A stretch of DNA of 64,000 bases. Source: Podarcis erhardii (taxonomy: Eukaryota). The stretch lies in the NCBI GenBank assembly GCA_964252035.1, contig OZ176203.1; one strand, 5' to 3'. A program made the position numbers and the translations under genes. Below are positions 1-11,499 of the stretch, in pieces (the first letter of the stretch is position 1; every line of letters begins with the position of its first letter). The notes under the pieces were generated by a model. The model made no database searches. It saw nothing but the letters and a program-made list of their open reading frames with translations, and was not told where the DNA came from.

Positions 1-53
1 TTCTGACGTAGGCAGACAAAACTATTTAAAATCCAAGCACTTCCGCTCATTGC

Positions 54-551
54 ACTCCTCCTTGTAGACCTAGATGCGCCTGCCTCGGCTGTGCAACGGA
101 TTTGTGACCGCAGCAAAGGAGAGCGTGCTCCTATCTCCTAGCGCGCGGCTCGACTTCCCGTCGCCTCCTCTCTCCTTTCTTCCACGGTGGGGGCAAGCTT
201 GAAGTTTACCCGCCGCCGGCCCTTTCGGGGGCGGCGGGAAAGTGTGCAGGCGCGTATGCGCGTCCGCAGTGCGCGCGCGCCGTGAAAGGCGAGGGGGCTC
301 CGCGTGGCCTCTGTGTGTGTGTGTGTGTGTGTGTGTCTTTCTCCCCCTCCCCCTGGCCCGCCCGCCTCCCCCGCTTCCTCTCTCCGAGAGGCCGCGTGGG
401 TGGGTGGTTAGCTGGCAGGGAGAGCTGGGTGGGTGGCTGCGCGGCTGCTTGGGAGGGGGCGCAGACAGGTGGGCTGGCCCAGTGTTTCAGGCGAGCGTGG
501 TCGGCGACGGGAGGAAAAGGAAGGGGGCGGCCGGGAGAGCAGCGGAGTCAG
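54..551 (+). other. Candidate non-coding first exon 1a
   Basis: Donor-like CAG|GTGACT at 551/552. The 5' end is a guess from TATA-Inr spacing. Confidence 0.3.
312..336. repeat. (TG)12 microsatellite
   Basis: Read directly. Confidence 0.95.
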
Positions 552-580
552 GTGACTTGACTGACGGACTGACTCTCTCC

Positions 581-608
581 GCGTGTGTGTGTGTGTGTGT
601 GCGCGCGC
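581..608. repeat. (GT)n/(GC)n alternating purine-pyrimidine tract
   Basis: 28 bp of uninterrupted alternation, read directly. Confidence 0.9.
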
Positions 609-962
609 CGTGCGCCTCAGTCAGGTTGTGGTGCAGGCGGGCGGAGGGGGCGGCCTGGCTGTGTGTAGGCAGCAGGCAGGCTGGCGAGAGGGCTGCGCGC
701 ACCAAGCGGCGCCAGAGGCGCCTGGAGACTCGGGCATGTGATAAAAAGCAAAGAGGGGAGGAGGAGGAGGAGGGCGAGGAAAAAAGGGAGGGCGCCGGCT
801 ATAGATGCGCCGGGACTTCGCAAGCGAGGGCAGCCAGCGGGAGAAACGTGCCTGGGAGAGAGCACGCGCTCTCTCGCTCGCGCGCTCCTCCTTTCCTCAC
901 GCGCTCCCTCCCGGGGAGGGAGTAGCGGCTCGTGGACCTACGAGGCGAGGCGGGGAGCTCTC

Positions 963-986
963 TCCCTCCCTCCCTCCCTCCCTCCC
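963..986. repeat. (TCCC)6 tetranucleotide repeat
   Basis: Read directly. Confidence 0.9.
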
Positions 987-1102
987 TAGGAATCCCAAGC
1001 GGCGAAGGAGCGGCACCCGCAGTGCGAGGCTCCCCCTGGCTGTTTGGAGCGGGCTGAGCGAGCAGGGGCGGGCGAGGGGGGAAGCCCAGGGAGCTGCAAA
1101 GA

Positions 1103-1138
<36 letters not shown>
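1103..1138 (+). repeat. (GCC)12 trinucleotide repeat
   Basis: Read directly: 36 nt, pure. Confidence 0.97.
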
Positions 1139-1140
<2 letters not shown>

Positions 1141-1309
1141 TTCATCCTGCGGCACCAGGAGGCAGCGAGCGCGAGAGGAGAAGCAGCCCATGTGCGCAGG
1201 TGGGCAACACCCGTTTCCACCGCATTGTCAGCCCCGGGTGGCTGCAGCCATGCGGGCGGCGGCGGCGGCGGGCGAGTAGGGCGGCGAGCCAATCGGGAGA
1301 CCGGCTGCT

Positions 1310-1402
1310 GCCTCGGTGGGGTCTGTTTGTGTGTCTGAGGGAGAGATGTAGCGCACAACTTGCTGCCTTGCTTTTGCTGGATGGAGGTGCAGGGCTGCAA
1401 GA
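1310..1402 (+). other. Candidate first exon 1c (ATG at 1381)
   Basis: Donor AGA|GTGAGT at 1402/1403, downstream of a GC box and the CCAAT box at 1287-1295. The 5' boundary is approximate. Confidence 0.35.
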
Positions 1403-2166
1403 GTGAGTGATTATTCGCGGTGGTGGGGGTGGTGGCAATCGGTTGTTTTGCTCCTCACCCCCCCCCTCCATTGGCTGTCTAAAAATACATATGCATGTAA
1501 CCGTTCCTATAGCTCTGTGCGCGTGTTGTGTGGCTAATGGCAACGGAGAGGGTTCCCCCCCCTTTAGCGTGGCTTGCTTATGTTTTGTTTTGTTTTTTTT
1601 ACTTGGGGTTTTGGACCGAAGAAGTACCGAAGCGAGGGGCAAGAGAGTAAGAGCAGCGTGTGTGCGTCTTGACAAGTGGCTCGGCGTCGTCGAGCGGGCA
1701 GGGAGCCTGGCATGTGCAGAACACAGCAGTTCTAGAGTAGTAATTTCCAGGGAGAGGGAGACGAGTCCGCTGCTGTATGTGCTGTGCAAGATATACAGTG
1801 AAGCAGTACAGTCTGGTGTTAGATAAAATTGCTGCTGTCCATGCGTGTTCAGATTTTGGGTTAAACGCATCTAACACAACAATTCTGATGACTGGCAGGA
1901 AAGTCGTGCATGTGGGGAAAACAAAACCTCTTATAGGAGACAGCTTGTCTCGCTTTTCTGACTAGCAGAGTATGAGAATAATATTGCCCTGGCAGGGGAA
2001 TCAGGGCTGAGGGTATTTGTTGGAGGGCAATGTGTTAAATTGGTTGCATAAAACACTCTTGATTCTAACACAGAAGTACTCTTTAGAAAATGGACGCGGC
2101 AACATGTACGTTGCAACATAAATAGAATGGAGAAAACTTCTATCACAGAAGTACGCTAGGCTTCCC

Positions 2167-2232
2167 CTGCAATCTTGTATGCCCTTGGAATTAACGTGGC
2201 TTACTTTTGAGTAGACACCAATAGGGTTGCGG
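2167..2232. repeat. Degenerate copy of ~90-bp palindromic interspersed repeat
   Basis: TGCAATCTTGTA...CTTACTTTTGAGTAGAC...TAGGGTTGC; same motif order as the copies at 2521, 20806 and 40726. Confidence 0.55.
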
Positions 2233-2520
2233 TGGAAACCTCTGTTTACATTTTTAGCATACGCGGTTTGTGTACTAGCTTCTGATATGTATATGGGTTG
2301 TCTTTATAGAATAACCATATCATTTAAATAGTTGCTTATTGCACATTTTTTGGGTGTGTGTATTTCATCCAAAGCTAATCAGGGACGTTTTAATGTTGCT
2401 ATATATGTTATTGTACACCCCCCATGAAAGCTGTAAAGTATTAAATATTAAGACAACAAATGCATCTTATTTTTCCTAACCTTTACATGGTCTTGAGTTA
2501 ATATAGAAGAAATACTTCAA

Positions 2521-2611
2521 GGATGCAATCCTGTACTTAAATTGCCTGGGATTAAGCCCTACTGAATGCACTGGGACTTTCTTTTGAGTAGACGTGCATG
2601 GAATTGTGCTG
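2521..2611. repeat. ~90-bp palindromic interspersed repeat (MITE-like)
   Basis: TGCAATCCTGTAC...CCTGGGATTAAGCCCTACTGAATGCACTGGGACTT...GAGTAGACGTGCATGGAATTGTGC; imperfect inverted arms. Confidence 0.65.
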
Positions 2612-5504
2612 CAAAAGAAACTGCAGCTATCTTTATGCCTATATTATTAGTGGGAATGATTGAGTCTCTAGGCTAGAGTTTGGATGTGACATTAGGCTAC
2701 CAAGAGATTTAATAGATGTCTGATTTCTTCTATTGACTATAGATGGCAGTGTGGAAGCCAAATACAAACATTGGCAGAAGTTATTTTCTCTCTCTCTGAG
2801 AAAATGAAGAGAGTGTACACATGACTAGGCTTGGGAACTTGAGAAACCACAGGTATGTAAATTGATTAATCTAACTGCCTATAGTGCTCCCAGTATTTAC
2901 CAAATTTTGACAGTTGGCCATTTTTAAACAGAATTTAACTTAAAATATCAGAAGCATTTGAGCTCGTTTCAAAAGCCAAAAGGTACAGAAAAAACATAGC
3001 TTGAAAGTAGAATAGTAGTTTGAAAGAATCGAGGAGGGCTGGTATGCATGGAAGATCCCTTGAAAGCTATGCTCTAAGGTTTTTCTTCAATATCATGCTC
3101 AATAAGTCCAATGTCGTCTTCTGCTACTACTGCTAAAATCATATGTTTCAGTTCCGCAAAACAATGATTTCTGGCACAGATAAGCTAATTAAGGCTGGCA
3201 TTTCCCTTTTAAAGCTGCCTAATTTACTTATTTCCTGAGCCTCAGTGCATTCAAAAGCAAGTTAAATTAAAATCAATGTGATTTTAATTTATATAAAAGT
3301 GTTTAGAATAGGGGTGGCAGCCAATGGCAGTTTCAGAATTACTGTTGAATCATATCTCTGTAGAGATAAGGAAAGTCAAGATGTTTTACTGAAAAGATGT
3401 GGACAAGAAATATATTTTCTGGGGATCCGCAATGCACTGAACAGTGATGAACATGTCTTTTAGACTAGCAAGAAACAGGTGGTGTCTCTGATCTCTGGTT
3501 TTTGGAGATTGGAGTCATAGGCTTTTGGAAAAATGAGTGTTTATAAAAGCCATAATGGCATCAGGAATGAGCTGCCACTCTTCTGCTGGCTCAGAAGAAA
3601 TGAAGATCCTCTGAATCTCAGCATGAGGTATGGTGGAGCCCAAACCCTTATTTGAGGCTGTTGCTGCTTTGAAATGCCTCTGAAGCTCAGCATGACATCA
3701 GAGGGAAGGTCTCAACCTACTCTAAGCTCAGGTGAAGGGTGAGCACACACACACTGATGTTTCAGTGGGATTTGGAAGCAGTACGTTTGAATGCTTCCAA
3801 TGTTCAGTTTGATGCAATGGCTGAGAACTCACTACACTCCTGATCCAGGACAGGGGCAGGGTTGGTAGTTCCCATAAATTTTGGCTGGCTGCCAAGGCTA
3901 GCAAAAGTTTTCAGCTGCTGATTGTAGTCTGCAGATTACACTGTCATAGGAGAGAGGCTGTGTTTGGTTAAATCTCACATTTGATATTCTTATGTATGCT
4001 GATCATAAACTGATTTGCTTGTTGTATCGTACCAGTGTGTTTAACCATGGCAACTGCATGCACTGAAATGGATTTTTACAGTGTGAATGTACTGATTATT
4101 CTATATAAAACTCTGGTGATTTACAGTCTTTTAAAATAAATATATAAACAGCAAACACTGTTTAATGTGGTTATATATATATACACACACACACATATAC
4201 ATACAGTATGAGAGAATAGTGAACATGTGGATGCAGAATTAAAGTAATTAACAATGTATTTTCGTTAGCTGATAAAATTTCAATTAGCTATATAGCGATG
4301 TCTTTAAAAATGAATATAGACGTTTCCAAGAGCTTTCAAAGAATATAATTCAGAGGCATTTACAGCAAATAAGTTGCAAAAACCAGGACTTTGAATGTTA
4401 CTTCAATATAAGTGCCTTTACAGTATATCATGCTAATGCCAATATATATCTATTTTGCTTTATTCCTTTTCCATGTGTCAAAATGAGTTTTTAAACCAAT
4501 CTCTCCTTAGAGAGAGAATTGAACTAAGTAAAGTAAAAATAAACATTTTAGCTCTGTTTCTTTAAATACCTTGCAGTATTCAAGCACATGCATACTTGTA
4601 CCTCTATCCTTAAAGTACTCATTGGGAGATCTGAGATCGATAGGATTTATAACATGTGGCATAACTGATATATAAAGGTAAGCGGAACTTGCCTGCTATG
4701 CAGCATTTGGGCTTATGAACATATGAATTTGGAAGCTTATTGAATTAATTGTATTACTGGCAGGTGTACATCAGAATGAAAGCATAAATTCATAGCCATA
4801 CATATAAAAATGTGGTAGTATGTTGTCGTATTACAGTAAGCAGTCATAAAATATTAACAGTAATGTCTAATGTAAGTGAAGCAGTAGGCAGAGTGCTCTA
4901 CTGAGGGTTCTTATTACAGAGACTTCACTAGTCTACAAGTACCATTACTGTACATTGTGATGAATTGCCATAAATAATTGAAATAAACTGTCATCGCATT
5001 CAGAGTGCCTGATCTGTTTTTTTGGCGTGTTCACAAAGTAATTGGGAGAAAAACTCTTCCATTCAGAGAGATTCCACAGCTGCTTTCTGTAAGTTGATGA
5101 GGGTATAATATACGAGCGTCAAATTGCGTGTATTCATTATCAAAAATCTCGGGGAAAAGTTTCTGTTGCAGACAGGTTTCTTCTTTTCCCCGGTTCTCTT
5201 TGGGGCTCCACTTTCCACAGTTCAGCCATCTCGGCAGCTTGCATTCCTGCTGTTTTGAGTGCTACACAACATGGATCCTTGCATTCTTTTTTGTGTGAGT
5301 CAAACCACGCAGATAATGATCAAACACTGGATTCCAGCCAAAAGGCAGATGCTGATGGTTCTTCTTCCAGACAAACTCCAAGGATGGAGAGCCTGTGAGC
5401 ACAGATAGCATCCTGAAGCACTTACCTGCGTTGGAAGAATTCATTGTAACAGCAAATGCTTTCAAGCTCCAGCTGATCTCCCGAGGACAGTATTAACAGA
5501 GCAT

Positions 5505-5700
5505 GGGAAGCCTCTGTAGCCCAATGCTAGAGCACCTGCTTTGCAGAAGGTCCCAGGTTCAGTCCCTGGGCCATTTCCAAGTAGGAATGGAAAAAGGTTT
5601 CCTGCTTGAAACCTGGGAGAGCCACTGACAGTCAGTGGAGGCAGTACTGAACTGGGTGGCCAATGGACTGACTCAATATAAGGCAGCTTCCCATGTTTCT
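5505..5700 (+). mobile_element. tRNA-derived SINE, Squam2-like
   Basis: Degenerate A box, B-box-like GGTTCAGTCCC, and body CCTGCTTGAAACCTGGGAGAGCCACTGACAGTCAGTG...ATAAGGCAGCTTCC matching the recalled squamate SINE consensus; related copies at 33827 and 35695. Confidence 0.75.
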
Positions 5701-7319
5701 AGGAAAGTGGAAAGCATAGGACAGAGTTTACTCCCCATTTGTAAACCAGGAAAAGTCCTGTTATGAGAGGAAAGGCAATGGATATTTTTGTCTAAATGGA
5801 TTTGCTATGGTGGGGCTCAAGTCCTGGAACCTTTATGCAGGTGCAAAGAGTTGAGGAATTGTTTGTTTATAGCAAGGTACTAGTTTCAATGCAAAGGTCA
5901 GTAAATAATATGGAGGAAAGCTGAAATATAAATAACACCCCTGATTTACCTGAAATCCTTGTGTCCATTGTAAGAATAGTCGTAGCTTAATAGTATGGGG
6001 ATGGGGTAACCTTTGTTTCCTTTGCTGTGCAACACACAGAAATCTTCCTAAAGGCTTAATCAGGTGGTAGAAACTTTGGTGTCTTTTTCATTCTATGCTA
6101 GTTCAAGATCCAAGCTATATTTTATTACTGGGGGGAGCAGGGCAAATAGTTGTTCTTCGAAACAACCATGTGGGGAATCTGAGGTTTGCAGATGGGGTTC
6201 TCCTATCCTTGCATAGCTGTCAACTTTTCCCTTTTCTTGCAAGGAATCCCATTTGGAATAAGGAAATTTCCCTTAAAAAAAGGGAAACGTTGACAGCTAT
6301 GTATCCTTGCAGCACAGCTTGTAAGGAAGGAGGTGGTTACAGGGTTGAAGGACAGCTTTGACCTTGTAAAAAGCATGAGTGCAGGGCAAGAAGGTTGGGA
6401 TGTGGATTGAGAATGTGAGATTCCAGTATCTTTTTCTTTGGTTTCCTGCATTAGATCAGGCATGTACATGCCCATGAAAGTTTTCTACTTGGCATCATTC
6501 CAGAAAACAGTACTCTGTCTCCGTCTTTGGCATTGTTTGTGGTGAGTTGTGGCATTCATGCAATGTTCCCACAGCTAGTGGCTAGCTGGTAAAATGCTGT
6601 TGCTGGAAGTCATGTTGGGCAGAAAAGGAATTTGGCAAGAAAATGTTGCCTTTTAAAATTTAGTAAAAGGGCTAGAAGCCAGAAGGAATATTAGATAAGA
6701 GAATCATAGACCTTTCTGCTTCATTTTTCTTTGGTCACAGAGCATTGGGAGTAGATTTTTGATATATAGATATATAGTGTATATACTGAAATTGGCTGTT
6801 GGTAGCATATAAGGCACTTAAGTAAGGGCTGGATACAGAAGAAGAGTTTTGAGCATGCCTTTATCTCATTCACATGATGGTTTGGACTTGGTTAACCTAG
6901 TTAAGTAGCCATACTCAGTATACTTGGTAGTGTTTTGGCTGGTAACTTATGAATTATGAATGGGAAGTTGAGTGTGTCAAGGAAAATAGACGCAGCATTA
7001 GTGGCATGTCTGGCAACCTGCAAACAAGGGGAAGGGTTCAAGAGAGCAGGACTTACCAGCACCCCGTCCCCTGCTCTCCCTCATGCAGTTGTAAACATGT
7101 GCAGACAGAGAACACCTGACAGCGCTGGATTTAGGGTGGAGTGGGCACTCCCTCCCCCACAGGGCGCCTTGCTGAGGGGGTGCAAAACTGAGAAGATCCA
7201 TAATTGACAAGATCCATTTGGGCATGCCAAATTTTGCTCTAGCACAGGGCACCAGATTACAAAAGATTACAAAAATCAGCCTCTGCATCTGAATAGGTTT
7301 ACCTTCAAAAGAGCAATTT

Positions 7320-7965
7320 TGGTTCAATACGGCTCAGCAACACCTCAAGGACTGCCTCTTTCCATATGAACCTATCCGGACCCTGAGACCATCTTCTGAG
7401 GCTTTTCTTTGTGTGCCTCTTCCTCCAGAGGTTCGGAGGGTGGAGGGTGGCAACACGAGAATGGGCCTTCTCTGCAGTGGCTCCCCATCTGTGTTACGCT
7501 CTCCCCAAGGAAGCTTGCCTGGCGCCTTCATTATACACCTTTAGGCGCCAGGCAAAAATGTTCCTTTTTAACCTTAAGGGTGCATCTATTCCTATGTTTT
7601 CCTGGACAATACTTACCAATATAATAGCATACTTTTATTTTGCAATATTGGGGAAATTCCAGTGGGTCACTGGGTATAATATTTTTTAAATATGGGGAAC
7701 AGTATAATATAACTTGCTTATATATCCAAAAGCAAGTCTTTTCTGTTCAACAAGACCTTTCTAATAACATGTATTAGTCTGGTCCTCTCAGTTTTAAAAT
7801 TTGTGTTTTAACCTTGGAGGTTATTATGCGTCTTCTAGCTGCATTTATCTTGCTTTTGATTTTATTTTTATATGTTCTATTTTGCATTTGTGTTGTTTTT
7901 GTGTTTATTATTGTAAACCTTCCAGAGAATTTTAGGTTATTGGACAGCATACAACTGTTAATAAA
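7320..7965 (+). mobile_element. L2 LINE 3' end relic (ORF2 C-terminus plus 3' UTR), interrupted
   Basis: Translates to WAFSAVAPHLCYALPKEACLAPSLYTFRRQAKMFLF, the characteristic L2 ORF2 terminus; T-rich UTR-like tail at 7810-7965. Confidence 0.75.
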
Positions 7966-9547
7966 TTAGAGAAATACATTGTGGTGTGATTTCCCCCCCA
8001 TACAGAAATAAAGAAAATGCTATGTCCTCTTAAGGATTTGGGGGGAGGGGGAAATACTTGGGAATCTTACTAATGAACTGTCACAGAGGTTTTTTTGTTT
8101 TTGTTTTTAAAGAGAATTGCCTTTTCAGTTAAGGAGAAGTTGTGAGATTACGCAGGTTGCATAAAATCCATAAATTTCAGCAGAAATCGCAGATCTAGAA
8201 TATGATCATATAAATACTGTATATACAAACTATAAAAATACATAAAGGGGGGGTGGCATGTAAGAAAAACAATGGGTAACAAAGACACTAACTGATTTGT
8301 GTGTGTGTGTCCATTTGTCTATCAAACAGTTGATATTTAATTGAGTAATTGGCCAAGGTGATTTGATAATCAAATGTCAACCTAGAACTTCATGCAGTAG
8401 TTAATGAGAGTTGCAGAATGCTGTCAAGCAATGAAAACAAATATGTATGCAGGTGCTTATCCTGCTGTGAGTGAAGGAGTACCTTCTTATGAAACTTGAA
8501 AGTACTTTCTTAAACTGGGACAATTAAGGTTGTGAGGTGTATTATGGCATATGGAATATTTCATAAAATGGGGCAACTGGCATTCTACAAATGGGATCTG
8601 TCCCCTGAGGCAATTTTATCTGCATGTGTTTAAATTTGCAGTTTTTGTTTATGCAAAATGCATGCATCTATAGATGTGAATGAGATCTTTCTCTTTCCCT
8701 GGTTTCCATTTATCTGTAGTCTTAGAGAAAAACGTCAGTTTATATACATATAAGCTGTTTATAGTGTTCTTGTGCACATGGGTTTTGAAAGATGTGATTG
8801 CCGAGTATGAAATGGAATGTGTGACACATACATGTATGGCATGTTGCAGCAAAATTAGGCTATTGGATGTGTAACAGTAGATAAACAGCTTGTTACTTTG
8901 AAAGTTGTATTTTACCCAATGGATTAAAGAAAACCATGTCTATATCTTTTAAAGACTCTATTATCTGATCCTTTAATGATTCCTTTCCACTTCCATCTTT
9001 GTATTCAGCTTTAATCTTTGTATTTGTTCATACATCAAAAGTCTGAAGTGTAATTAAAATGTGGCAAAAGTCCCACGCTAATCAGGTACTCTTCCTCAAT
9101 TACTTTGGCAGTATCCAAAATAAAGAGAAGGTGGGCAATATATATGCTTTCACAATCCTCCGTTTCATATCTTGTGAGGTAGTTTAGGAGTAACACCTCA
9201 AAATTAACAGCCTTGATGTCTCTTGGCTTGTAAAAGTCAATATTTAGTGAAGTGCCAAGCAACTAGACCCCCCCCCCCTTTAGAATAAAATGTTTAGCAA
9301 TTCAACTCTGAAGGAAACATGTCCAAAATTGCACTGTAAGATGCTTACTTGGGCTAGTATTTTTTTTTTACTCTTGCATAAGACTCATTGAAGTAAATGG
9401 GGCACACTCATGAATAATTTCAGGTGAATAATATAGGTATCTTTCTAATGCAACATACGAAGGACTCCACTGAGCAGGCTCAGAGCAGTGACGTTCCTTC
9501 TGCCAATTATATATGGAACTAAGACAAGTTTATATCTAAAGATTAAT

Positions 9548-9906
9548 GGTAAAGGTAAAGAACCCCTGACTCTTAGGTCCAGTCGCGAACGACTCTGGGG
9601 TTGCAGTGCTCATCTCGCTTTACTGGCTGAGGGAGCCAATGTTTGTCCGCAGACAGTTTTTCCGAGTCATGTGGCCAGCATGACTAAGCCACTTCTCGTG
9701 AAACCAGAGCCGCACATGGAAACACCATTTACCTTCCCGCTCAAGCGGTACCTATTTATCTACTTGCACTTTAACGTGCTTTTGAACTGCTGGGTTGGCA
9801 GGAGCTGGGACTGAGCAATGGGAGCTCACCCAGATTCGAACCACCGACCTTCTGATCAGCAAACCCTAGGCTCGGTGGTTTAGACCACAGCGCCACCTGC
9901 ATCCCC
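9548..9906 (-). mobile_element. Full-length Sauria SINE (Squam1) with 13-bp TSD
   Basis: Minus strand shows A box TGGCGCTGTGG, B box GGTTCGAATC and a (TTTACC)n tail. The direct repeat ATCTAAAGATTAA flanks it at 9534-9546 and 9907-9919. Confidence 0.93.
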
Positions 9907-11452
9907 ATCTAAAGATTAAACACTCATCAAAAGACCCTGCTCTTTTAGTTAAGATGCTGCTTCAGATAAGGGAAAGACCAGTCAAATGACATGCACTTGG
10001 TGGGATCTTTCAAAAGGGGGCAAGTGGAAGGTTAGCCTTGAAAAAGGATTCAGACAAATATTCATAACATTTTATGAGGGCCCTAGGAGATAAGGGATGC
10101 CATTGCCCACAGGTTGGGCATCACTGCTTTATGCTGTTCCACGAAGTGGGACTGAACCTCAACAGGAAGAACAAAGTAAGTTGAGGTTTTGGCGTTTTCT
10201 GTCTCCAAGTTGCAGGGGCAGCTATGCAACCTGCTCAGAGACCACTTCATATGATGCTTATGGTAAGAACAGCTATTCCTTCCCTGAGCTTTCCTCACAT
10301 TAAAGTGTTTGCCAGCAAGACTATCTAAGTTGTTGGAGCTCATGGCTGGATTCCTGTTTTTTTGCACTTCTGGATCTCTGTTTCCCCCCAGTAGCTTCCA
10401 AGAATCCTAAATTCTGCTGTGTGTGCTTATGTACCAAGTTATGCAAATGCTGCAAAGCCAATGGAAACTTCCACTGGCTCCATTGCCATTACACACATCA
10501 CACATTCACACTTCTTTGACCACATTGTCTTAAAGCAAAACAACCATTGAAAGAAAAGGAGGGGAAGGAATCAAGCTTCAGAGTGAAACTTTAATGACTT
10601 GGATTGTCTCAGAAACTTCTCCCTTTGGTTCATTTCTCTTTGTTAATTTAATTAGCATCTTGGCAGATTGTGAAAAAATGTGCCAGGTAAAGAGCCAGGA
10701 GGGATGTTAAACATTAGGGAAGCTAGAAATTACAATATGATTATGATACTTTGAACAAATTCTCTAAATTCAAGAGTAAGAAATTCCTTAAACAGAAGCA
10801 TAAGGTTGTTCATGAGGGGAGTAATCAGATTAACATAAATGCTCAGTAATTGGCAAAGTGTTATTCCTGCGGATTTAAAACTACAGGCTAAACTGTGTAC
10901 AGCAAATATGTTTTGAACTGTAATTTACTTTTTCTTGTGATCATTGCTCTATCATAATACCCTTTGTTTAAGATTCAAGACTTGGAAGACTGTTTTCTGT
11001 CCATACTGCAGAGAGGATATGAAGATAGAGTCAGTGGGAGAGGGGGAAAAAGACAGCAGAACCAAAATTATTTGAAATTATTTTTCTTATGAGACCCTTA
11101 GCTTCAAGGGACTAATGATGTGTTACACTGTGGGAAGCCATGAAAGGGTTTACCAGGGTTCCACCAACATGACCCAAGGCTTAGATAAAACTACACTCTG
11201 TGTAGAAGCATAGCAAAGTAAACATCAGATTAAAAACTTGTGTTTACATTCTTCCCAAATTTCACTCTTGATCACTGGCTCCATTTGACTGAAATGGAAG
11301 CTTGCTAATAAAGAACAGTATGTCAGCACATATGTGTTCTCCTCCTTAGTGAATGTTACATGAGGTGCAGCCTCTCCTATTAAAGGCATTCTGGAAAAGA
11401 AACTGTCAGAATATAATTTTTCACTCTCATCAGTTATTAAACTGAGAGACTG

Positions 11453-11499
11453 GTCCATGGGGTCACAAAGAGTCGGACACGACTAAACAACAACAACAA
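11453..11499 (+). mobile_element. BovB (RTE) extreme 3' end
   Basis: GTCCATGGGGTCACAAAGAGTCGGACACGACTAAAC followed by (AAC)n is the well-known BovB terminus. Confidence 0.85.

Larger units (their letters stand above)
900..1199 (+). other. Candidate first exon 1b (5' UTR with GCC repeat, ATG at 1190)
   Basis: Donor CAG|GTGGGC at 1199/1200 at the end of a typical GC-rich leader containing (GCC)12. The 5' boundary is approximate. Confidence 0.55.
1..1750 (+). promoter_or_regulatory. CpG island / promoter of a large + strand gene
   Basis: Very high GC and CpG density that drops sharply after ~1750. Motifs: TGACGT (4-9), TATTTAAA (23-30), ETS-like CACTTCCGC (38-46), NRF1-like GCGCGTATGCGCG (250-262), GC boxes, and CCAAT box AGCCAATCG (1287-1295). 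Direction is inferred from + strand donors and the downstream acceptor. Confidence 0.9.

Noticed and set aside
242-1877. Long overlapping ORFs (up to 242 aa) in the first 1.9 kb
   Set aside because: They occur in all six frames, translate simple repeats (poly-R/P/A, CVCV) and reflect stop-codon scarcity in a CpG island. None resembles a known protein.
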